DNA from: Amoeboradix gromovi X-113
Lineage: Eukaryota > Fungi > Sanchytriomycota
Length of the DNA: 5,976 bases
Assembly (NCBI GenBank): GCA_018985225.1
Contig: JADGIF010000611.1
Location: 1-5,976, forward strand
Direction of reading: 5' to 3'
Part shown: positions 1 to 5,976 of the stretch, piece after piece
Layout of the letters: each line of letters opens with the position of its first letter
How positions within the stretch are numbered: position 1 is the stretch's first letter
Notes under the pieces: model-generated
Database searches by the model: none
Told to the model about the DNA's origin: nothing
Seen by the model: only the letters and a program-made list of their open reading frames with translations
Translations under genes and position numbers: made by a program

Positions 1-2
1 CA

Positions 3-104
3 TGTTTTAATAATCTTCAAGTGGTAGATAGTTTGCTAGCGAATGGTGAGAGACCAGGTTGGCAACAAAGGATCACTGATAAAGTAGTTTCGCCTATTGC
101 CTAG
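3..104 (+). CDS. Possible 3' end of an upstream gene (CFNNLQVVDSLLANGERPGWQQRITDKVVSPIA*)
   Basis: The frame is open from the window edge to TAG 102..104. LQVVDSLLANG is vaguely ankyrin-like. Too short to exclude chance. Confidence 0.25.
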   Translation, partial: CFNNLQVVDSLLANGERPGWQQRITDKVVSPIA

Positions 105-112
105 GTGAAGAA

Positions 113-203
113 ATATGGGACACTACTGTGAAAATTTCAACTGGGTAAATCTCGTCACTCGCTTTTTACCCCTAGTCTACTTTCTACAGAGTGTGTCCCA
201 TAT
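113..203. repeat. 91-nt imperfect foldback with perfect 11-bp terminal inverted repeats
   Basis: ATATGGGACAC (113..123) pairs with GTGTCCCATAT (193..203). Nested pairings: CTGT/ACAG, GAAA/TTTC, ACT/AGT and GGGTAAA (143..149)/TTTACCC (165..171). Confidence 0.7.
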
Positions 204-352
204 CATAAATGAGAACCATACCATGCCCTTTTTATTCAATTAAAAACGGTACTGCCATGAAGCGTTTGAATCATAAAATTCCCATAAGAGCAATAAATGA
301 TTCACTCAACTGATATCGATGATTCCAATTTCTTAACAAATTTGCCATAAAA

Positions 353-366
353 CACCCCCAAGTTAC
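353..366 (+). promoter_or_regulatory. CACCCCCnnGTTRC motif upstream of the lipin ATG (candidate core promoter/initiator); AAATTT at 338..343
   Basis: CACCCCCaaGTTAC. The C-run ends 14 nt before ATG 374. The same motif precedes the FCP1-like gene. Confidence 0.55.
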
Positions 367-373
367 TTGATAT

Positions 374-1802
374 ATGCAGAGTATATCTAATTATGCATTT
401 AAAAATGCTAGCAATGCGGTATCTTGGATTAAGGACGTATACTCAGATATAAATCCAAGTACATTGAGTGGAGCTATAGATATCATAGTGATTGAACATA
501 AAGATGGATCCTTAAGTTGCTCACCATTTCACGTAAGATTTGGTAAAACATCAATACTAAGGACACAAGATCAGCGAGTAGACTTGAAAGTTAACGGTAA
601 AACAATTGATATTCAAATGCGAGTTGGAGATATTGGAGAAGGGTTTTTTATTTTGGACGAATTTGAAGACAACATGTCTAGTGATGAAGGAAGTATTGAT
701 CTGAATTTGGACGCTAAATCCGAAGGGTATCAATCACCAGAAGAGGAATTCAACAGTGTGCGTAGTGATCCTGGCTACAAAAGTGAAGAAGATTATTCGC
801 AATTACGTAAGCTATCGAAAGCTCATCCAATCCACCAATCCTCCAAAGTAATTTCAAGAAGCAACTCCTCTTCACCAGAGCTTATGCCCATACATTCTAT
901 ATCGACTACATATTCTCCTAAATCTCTTAGAATGACTTCTGATCAACTGCTCTCTCTTAATCTTACAAAAGGTAAGAATGAACTTGCATTTCACATCAAC
1001 GGAGAAGAAAAGTGCAATGCTAGCATATTCTTTTGGGATGAGGACGCTACTGTTGTGATTAGCGACATTGATGGCACCATTACCAAGTCGGATGCCCTCG
1101 GGCATTTGTTTGCATTTGTAGGTAAAGATTGGACTCACGCCAGTATTTGTGGATTATACAGTAAGATATATAAGAATGGGTACAAAATGTTGTATTTAAC
1201 TAGTCGAGCAATTGGTCAAGCACCCTACACTCGCTCGTACCTGGACAAAGTGGCCCAAGGTCCGTTTAAACTACCACATGGACCTGTGTTTTTGTCACCC
1301 GATAGACTTTACGCTGCATTTCGAAGGGAAATAATACTGAGAAGACCAGAGATATTTAAAATGGCTTGTTTGAAAGACATTAAACGAGTATTCAAGAACA
1401 GAAATCCATTCTATGCAGGATTTGGGAACAGAAACACTGTATTTAATACTTATTTAGGACGCGATTGCGTATAGATCAGTAGACATTCCAAATAGTAAGA
1501 TATTTGTTGTAGATCACTTGGGAATACTTAAGCTGGAACAAAGCGTTTTCTCATCAAGCTATGGTGGGGTGGTCGACTTAGTGGATCTTATATTCCCACC
1601 AATGGCTATGGCTAGATTTGTTACAGAATTCGCAGATCACCAATATTTCTCAGTACCGTTGCCAGAGATACCCGATGAACCTAAAGATGAATTAGACGTA
1701 CCTCTTGGCATTGAATTCAGAAAGATATCAGTTGATTCCCCCATAAAAGAAGAGCTGGATGCATCTTTCCCGGAATTGCAATTTAGTAACGATTACTTAT
1801 AG
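374..1802 (+). CDS. PAH1: Lipin/Pah1/Ned1-family Mg2+-dependent phosphatidate phosphatase, two exons join(374..1438,1458..1802), 469 aa
   Basis: N-LIP domain (INPSTLSGAIDIIVIEHKDGSLSCSPFHVRFGK...MRVGDIGEGFF). C-LIP/LNS2 HAD domain with the catalytic DIDGT at 1064..1078, then TKSDALGH, GKDWTH, YLTSRA, GPVFLSP, PEIFKMACL and FYAGFGNRNT. Removing 1439..1457 restores the family continuation GNRNT-DAIAYRSVDIPNSKIFVVD...SSYGGVVDLVDLIFPP, in the frame of track ORF 1518..1802. Confidence 0.96.
1439..1457 (+). other. 19-nt spliceosomal intron (phase 0), GTATTTAATACTTATTTAG
   Basis: GT...TAG ends and very AT-rich. Excision joins ACT (Thr, 1436..1438) to GAC (Asp, 1458..1460), rebuilding the conserved lipin GNRxTD motif exactly and fixing the frame. 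The unspliced reading stops at TAG 1472..1474. Confidence 0.9.
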
Positions 1803-1945
1803 CGAAGAAAAAGATTACAATTCGGAATATTTTGTAAATAGTCACTGCCTAAAGTCTCTATTGACACATTTACCTTACGGTGTTGCCATAATCCATAAAG
1901 AGATAATTTTCAGCGTAAGTTTTGAATTGTTGTATAATAATAAAC

Positions 1946-1991
1946 AAATTACAAATTTAACATCAAATATAAAAGCTAGACTAACTCACTG
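1946..1991 (+). repeat. Partial, diverged repeat Y copy C, forming an inverted repeat with 2208..2253
   Basis: AAATTACAAATttaACATCAAATATAAAAgCTaGACTAACTcaCTG matches the reverse complement of 2208..2253 at 39/46. Confidence 0.85.
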
Positions 1992-2247
1992 AGGAAATGC
2001 TATAATTAATAAAAGATCTATTATACCAATCTTCTTTCATTACTTTCAATCCCCTCTTCAAAATAAAACTAGATATGAGGTCTTGGAGCATCTAAGCAAA
2101 AGGTGCATTTTCTTAGACGGTACTCTTTTTTAGAGTTATTTTTGAATGTCCACTCGCCTCTTAAATCCATAAAATTAATAAAGCTGAAATAATGTTCCAA
2201 GTTGTTACAGAAAGTTAGTCAAGTTTTTATATTTGATGTCCCATTTG
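1952..2247. mobile_element. Putative non-autonomous MITE-like element (about 296 nt, imperfect TIRs of about 40 bp, flanked by TA)
   Basis: Both ends read TA|CAAAT...ACATCAAATATAAAA inward (TA at 1950..1951 and 2248..2249). There is no coding capacity, and a second copy of one end starts at 5805. No transposase is present in the window. Confidence 0.4.
2143..2247 (-). repeat. Dispersed repeat Y, copy A (105 nt)
   Basis: The reverse complement aligns by hand to 5805..5908 at 99/105 columns (5 substitutions, 1 indel). Confidence 0.95.
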
Positions 2248-2417
2248 TAATTTCCATGTTTTTAAACTTTCGAAATTTCTCTATTGTATGATCAGTATGT
2301 AATGCAACTATTGAGATATTTCCTTGTCTATAATCCGTATAAACTAGTGAATTCATCCAATGCGTAGGGTAATTGAAGCACATGCCTGAGCCTATGCTAT
2401 AATGTTTGCTTACATAT

Positions 2418-2657
2418 CTGAAAACCTTTTTTAGACCCATAAAAGCATCGGCTGTCCTTTGGAAGTGGATAGAGACCATATGGCACCAAAGATTATATAC
2501 TTGAAATAAATGAGTTCCTGTTCGATACCGCTTGAGGGCAGCAGAAGCAGACACTAACTAAGAGACTAGCGTTGTTAGTTTCTCTGTCTAAATTCTTGAT
2601 ATTCTAAAAATCAAAACATTAAATGAGGTGAAGCATTTATTGTCGTCAATAAATTGT
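2418..2657. repeat. Decayed direct repeat X, copy 1 (possible pseudogene or TE relic)
   Basis: Collinear blocks against copy 2: 2418..2430/5452..5464 (11/13), 2469..2500/5509..5540 (27/32), 2521..2541/5558..5578 (16/21), 2566..2587/5610..5631 (20/22), 2607..2628/5653..5674 (16/22), 2648..2657/5715..5724 (10/10). Confidence 0.85.
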
Positions 2658-2686
2658 AGTTTGTGCCCGTATGGATGAAATACCAA

Positions 2687-2692
2687 TTTATT
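2687..2692 (-). terminator. AATAAA polyadenylation-like signal overlapping the TAA stop of the FCP1-like gene
   Basis: Minus strand TTT-AAA-TAA-A contains AATAAA. Confidence 0.35.
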
Positions 2693-4073
2693 TAAACTTT
2701 GAAATGCTTGCAGCGACTTCAGGCAGTCTATCATAATTCTCAACCAGCGTAATTTCTTGGTTTGGAAACAGTTCTTGTACGCCCTCGGGTATTGCATCTG
2801 CTGCTGGTTTAATGGACTGGGCGATCGATTCCATGCTATCCTTTGATTTTTCGTCAACAGGATCGTCTAACCCCACATCTTCTAGTTCCACTGACTCTTC
2901 ATCAGAAATAGGAGATTCTGCCATTGTTCTGTAGTATCTGTGAGCCAGAAGCATCATCTGGTTTTTCAGTAAGAATGGTATGTCTAATTCCGATTCTTTG
3001 GCTGCATCATATATATGCTGCAGTGTTATGGCACAAAGCTCTAAGTCTACATCCCATATCTTGCATGTGGGAAGCATTAGATACACTTGAGATCTTTGGT
3101 TGCTCAACCATGCCTTGTCCATATCATCGATTATTATTACTTGTCTAGTCATTGCTAAAATAGGGGGATAATTTGCACTCAATATGTGATGATCCCACGG
3201 GATACAGAATGGGTATAGCCTGGAGAGATCCTTAGTTGGCAACGATTTGTCAACGTTGTACTCATGCATATGCCTAGTAGACTCGATTTCTTTGAAATAA
3301 ATTCCATCGGGATCCAACGCATAGCACACATACTCGACGTATTCTTTCCCGCCAGCGCTGCAAACTACAATATCGTATTTTTGGGATATCTGCTGTAAGA
3401 ATATATCAACGTTAGTAGCTAGCGCGATCTTGTTCACACCAAAGTGATTCAGTGCAAGTGATTTTATGCGATGAGTTATATAAGGCACTTGCTCCATAGC
3501 AATTACCCTTGGACTGGAGTCCATTTGACGGATCGAAACAGCACGAACTACGGTGTCATCCAGGTCTAAAACAAGTGGGATTTTATTGTTAGTGGAGATT
3601 GAATTGTAATAATTAATTTGGTCATGAACAAATTGCATCGGAAATATCATCAGCTTGACTATTGAAGGAGAAAATTTGAATACCGCGTAAATATCTTCAC
3701 CGTTTAGATCGATATCTTGGACAATCAAATGATACTTTTGCTGCAAAATGCCAATGCTGGGGTGCGTCTGAAATCTCAGTTCACAGTATTCCTCAGTATC
3801 TAATTTACAAGCAAGTTTGCCAATAAGATTGAAGTTTGAGCCTTTGACGACCCTAGGGAGTGTGGCCGGTTTCTTAATTTCTGTTTTCACGCAGTACAGA
3901 TGATCTACTTCACCATTTAAACTGATAGTTATTTTAAAATCAACTGAATCTAATGGCACGACTGCGCTACCATTTTGATACTCAGGATTTGCTGCATTAA
4001 TTAAGTTCATTACTCTGCATATTCTGTCTGGATTTAGTTTACTATTTTGGACAGATGATGGATTTGACATCAT
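2688..4073 (-). CDS. FCP1/SCP (NIF)-family HAD-superfamily phosphatase, CTD-phosphatase-like, 461 aa, with an uncharacterised N-terminal region and an acidic C-terminal tail
   Basis: Motif I LVLDLDDTVV (DxDxT, 3552..3566), then YDIVVCSAGGKEYVEYVCYALDPDGIYF, KDLSRLYP and VIIIDDMDKAW, which are the ordered FCP1-homology motifs. The track start at 4079 is TTG. The first ATG is at 4073 and a second at 4070. Confidence 0.85.
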   Translation of the reverse strand: MMSNPSSVQNSKLNPDRICRVMNLINAANPEYQNGSAVVPLDSVDFKITISLNGEVDHLYCVKTEIKKPATLPRVVKGSNFNLIGKLACKLDTEEYCELRFQTHPSIGILQQKYHLIVQDIDLNGEDIYAVFKFSPSIVKLMIFPMQFVHDQINYYNSISTNNKIPLVLDLDDTVVRAVSIRQMDSSPRVIAMEQVPYITHRIKSLALNHFGVNKIALATNVDIFLQQISQKYDIVVCSAGGKEYVEYVCYALDPDGIYFKEIESTRHMHEYNVDKSLPTKDLSRLYPFCIPWDHHILSANYPPILAMTRQVIIIDDMDKAWLSNQRSQVYLMLPTCKIWDVDLELCAITLQHIYDAAKESELDIPFLLKNQMMLLAHRYYRTMAESPISDEESVELEDVGLDDPVDEKSKDSMESIAQSIKPAADAIPEGVQELFPNQEITLVENYDRLPEVAASISKFK

Positions 4074-4075
4074 AT

Positions 4076-4089
4076 GCAACGAGGGGGTG
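4076..4089 (-). promoter_or_regulatory. CACCCCCnnGTTRC motif upstream of the FCP1-like ATG
   Basis: The minus strand reads CACCCCCtcGTTGCatATG. The C-run ends 9 nt before ATG 4073. Confidence 0.55.
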
Positions 4090-4157
4090 AGATTACTTTG
4101 GTTTACAAGGAGTTGGTACTCTAAGATAATGAACGCAGCACTAATAGAAAGAACTCA

Positions 4158-4163
4158 TTTATT
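4158..4163 (-). terminator. AATAAA polyadenylation-like signal overlapping the TAA stop of the J-domain gene
   Basis: Minus strand CAA-TAA-A contains AATAAA. Only 85 nt separate this stop from the next ATG. Confidence 0.4.
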
Positions 4164-5100
4164 GCACCATTTGTCCATTATAGAATGATCTTTCATTCTT
4201 TAACTTTAAATTCATTTCATTAATCAATTTCTTCTTTTCAGCCCCACTAAATTGTTGGAAGGCAGTATCCAATACCATTTTACCTTCGGACAACGCAGAA
4301 TCTAATGTAGTCTCAAGAATATCCAGTCTTTGATCCAAGTTATGGATTCTTTTGGGTCCTTCCCAAAAATACTGGAAACTGGGCCCTAGATGACCTAATG
4401 CAACGCTTACCCACACATAGGAAGAATGCAAAAAGGATATCTTCTGATGAGTTGTTAAGTCCTCGAGAAACCAGCTTGGGGATCCTCTCGTCACGAATAT
4501 CAGTTCTGCTGTGATCATGACCATAATGGACATGTATCTCCAGAACAATCCATAGGGTTTCTGGACAATACTAAAGATAGATATTGCAAAAATAAATCCA
4601 AAGTAAAATACCCCAAAATTGTACACCATGTAATTTTCAAAGTAGTCGTGTTGTGTCTTGCAGTGTTGACAGGAGTTCAAATCGCCAAACCTATCATAAA
4701 TAAATCTTTTTCTTTGGTCCTTTAATACTTCGTGCGCTTCATTGATTTTTAAATAAACCATCGGATCAGAATGGGGATTGCGATCCGGATGATATTTGAC
4801 AGATAACTTTCGATAAACTGAAGACACGTGCTTGGAACTAGAAGTTGCTGTTAATCCAAGTGTGTTGAAATGATTGTCTCCTAAAGAGATATATGTAGAG
4901 GAGATAGAGTATATGAGATACGCGAAGATGATCGTCATGTACATCATATTCTGATGTTTTTGAACTTTCAATTGCGATTTTGGTTTACCAAATACTTTGT
5001 GAGCAAATTTTAATGCCATTTTGCTTACTATATTTGGAAGGAATATCCAAGCCATGAGATTAATAATACTATTGGTGTCTACTTCGAAATCGTCCATCAT
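4159..5100 (-). CDS. Membrane-associated J-domain (DnaJ/Hsp40 class C) co-chaperone, about 313 aa
   Basis: J domain NHFNTLGL...YRKLSVKYHPDRN...INEAHEVLKDQRKRFIYDRFG with an intact HPD. Hydrophobic segments lie before it (LMAWIFLPNIV; MTIIFAYLIYSI) and after it. The W-x-FLP, AYL-x-Y and DRFG...HC-x-T-x-x-DY pattern resembles a fungal membrane DnaJ family as I recall it. The track start at 5244 is TTG; the first in-frame ATG is at 5100. Confidence 0.88.
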   Translation of the reverse strand: MMDDFEVDTNSIINLMAWIFLPNIVSKMALKFAHKVFGKPKSQLKVQKHQNMMYMTIIFAYLIYSISSTYISLGDNHFNTLGLTATSSSKHVSSVYRKLSVKYHPDRNPHSDPMVYLKINEAHEVLKDQRKRFIYDRFGDLNSCQHCKTQHDYFENYMVYNFGVFYFGFIFAISIFSIVQKPYGLFWRYMSIMVMITAELIFVTRGSPSWFLEDLTTHQKISFLHSSYVWVSVALGHLGPSFQYFWEGPKRIHNLDQRLDILETTLDSALSEGKMVLDTAFQQFSGAEKKKLINEMNLKLKNERSFYNGQMVQ

Positions 5101-5451
5101 GAAAACTCTTTGTTTCGATGAAGTACCAGTTTCAAGGAAACTGATTGGTGCAAGAGTTGTACCTATTAAATTCTCAGACAGCTCGATTGTTTTCTTGAAT
5201 AAATCATTTATCGCGAATTTGTATGCATTTTTGTATAATTTCAAGACTTTTCCAGATTTTTCTAATAGCTCAAATACTTGATATTCTTCCTTTCACAAAT
5301 AGTAAATGGAATAAATAGATGTAATCCCGAATATTTCAATTCTATAGAAACAACAGGTACAGCATACATTCTTCAACACTGAAGAACTGGTCCAAGCATG
5401 GAACAATTAGATGTCTTTTAATACCAAGAAAGAGATCAACGATAAATAAAC

Positions 5452-5724
5452 CTGTAAACCATTTACTTTGATAATTCGTATGTGATTGTTCGTACTACAT
5501 TTACAACAATAGAGATCATATGGCAGCAAGGAATATATGCTAGTACATGCATCATTATTCAATCCCGCCTCAGGGTAGTGCAAGCGTGAGCAATCACTGT
5601 AACGGAGATCTAGCATTGCTAGTTTCTCTGTGGATATTCTCGGTATCCTCAGAAAATCAGGACTTTTAACGGGGAGTCAAATTAGACTTAACAAAGAATC
5701 TGAATGGGTGACCAAATAAATTGT
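5452..5724. repeat. Decayed direct repeat X, copy 2
   Basis: Same collinear blocks as copy 1, in the same orientation. Weaker similarity may extend left to about 5320 (versus about 2297). Confidence 0.85.
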
Positions 5725-5804
5725 GCAGCCAGTATCTTGTGAATTAGGTCCCGTTAAATTTACTCACTGTTAACGGAAATTAAAGGTCGGAGATGGAAGA
5801 AAAG

Positions 5805-5908
5805 CAAATGGGACATCAAATATAAAAACTGGACTAACTTTCAGTAACAACTTGGAAGATTATTTCAGCTTTATTACTTTATGGATTTAAGAGGTGAGTG
5901 GACATTCA
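5805..5908 (+). repeat. Dispersed repeat Y, copy B (104 nt), inverted relative to copy A
   Basis: CAAATGGGACATCAAATATAAAAACT...GAGTGGACATTCA, 94% identical to the reverse complement of 2143..2247. Confidence 0.95.
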
Positions 5909-5976
5909 GCTAGTTGCGGAGTTGACGAGTATAAAAGGAAAATAAATAACTTTTTGTATCGAAATTTCAAAAATAA

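Noticed and set aside
42-89. Resemblance to SRP RNA helix 8 (CCAGGTTG-GCAA-CAAAGGA)
   Set aside because: The conserved AGCA strand reads AGGA, there is no room for full helices 6-8, and the segment lies in an open reading frame. Only an Rfam SRP model hit would revive it.
126-190. SECIS element or U5 snRNA loop (GCTTTTTAC) in the foldback
   Set aside because: No GA is positioned opposite the GTGA to form the quartet. The U5-like 9-mer has a mismatch and is not at a stem apex.
1439-1474. Lipin ending at 1474 (VFNTYLGRDCV*) with a separate gene at 1518..1802, or a frameshifted pseudogene
   Set aside because: The downstream frame encodes the conserved lipin C-terminus, and a GT-AG intron joins the two parts exactly.
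374-4073. Functional cluster of lipin with its activating phosphatase (Nem1/CTDNEP1)
   Set aside because: The neighbour has Fcp1-like motifs and lacks the N-terminal membrane anchor of Nem1. Adjacency alone is not evidence.
5262-5277. 16-nt intron-like GTATTTGAGCTATTAG on the minus strand
   Set aside because: Splicing it links to a short frame with no ATG before a stop, and there is no homology support.
872-5281. Track ORFs 872..1138, 1759..1992, 2588..2857, 2924..3148 and 5021..5281
   Set aside because: Short shadow or overlapping frames of real genes or repeats, with no recognisable motifs. The shared ITNxTSNIK peptide of 1759..1992 and 2219..2554 simply reflects repeat Y.
2590-5287. 15/16 match AAATwCTTGATATTCT at 2590..2605 and 5272..5287
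   Set aside because: A match of this length is expected by chance in AT-rich DNA, and it is not collinear with repeat X.
5751-5776. 7-bp stem CCGTTAA/TTAACGG and nearby TCACTGT(T)AACGGA duplication with 5594..5606
   Set aside because: Too short to distinguish from chance.
1-5976. Stop-codon reassignment (TAA/TAG read as Gln)
   Set aside because: The three conserved genes have no internal TAA/TAG over more than 1200 codons and end in TAG or TAA.
1-5976. CRISPR array, tRNA/rRNA or prokaryotic operon
   Set aside because: No regularly spaced repeats or RNA-gene signatures are seen, and the genes are eukaryotic.

Overview
AT-rich, gene-dense eukaryotic DNA, most likely from a compact, early-diverging fungal-type genome (inference), read with the standard genetic code. 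It holds three well-supported genes. (1) A short lipin/Pah1 phosphatidate phosphatase (+, join 374..1438,1458..1802). The ORF track splits it in two because it is interrupted by a 19-nt GT-AG intron (GTATTTAATACTTATTTAG). (2) An FCP1/SCP-family HAD phosphatase with no BRCT domain (-, 2688..4073). (3) A membrane-anchored J-domain (DnaJ) protein of a fungal family (-, 4159..5100). Two of these genes have a CACCCCCnnGTTRC motif just upstream of the ATG, and both minus-strand genes have AATAAA overlapping the stop codon. The intergenic DNA is mostly repeats: a 105-bp element present as 94%-identical inverted copies (2143..2247 and 5805..5908) plus a third partial copy (1946..1991) that together suggest a MITE, a longer decayed direct repeat flanking the two minus-strand genes, and a 91-nt foldback at 113..203. 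The most notable signal is the ultrashort intron together with the miniaturised expression signals.
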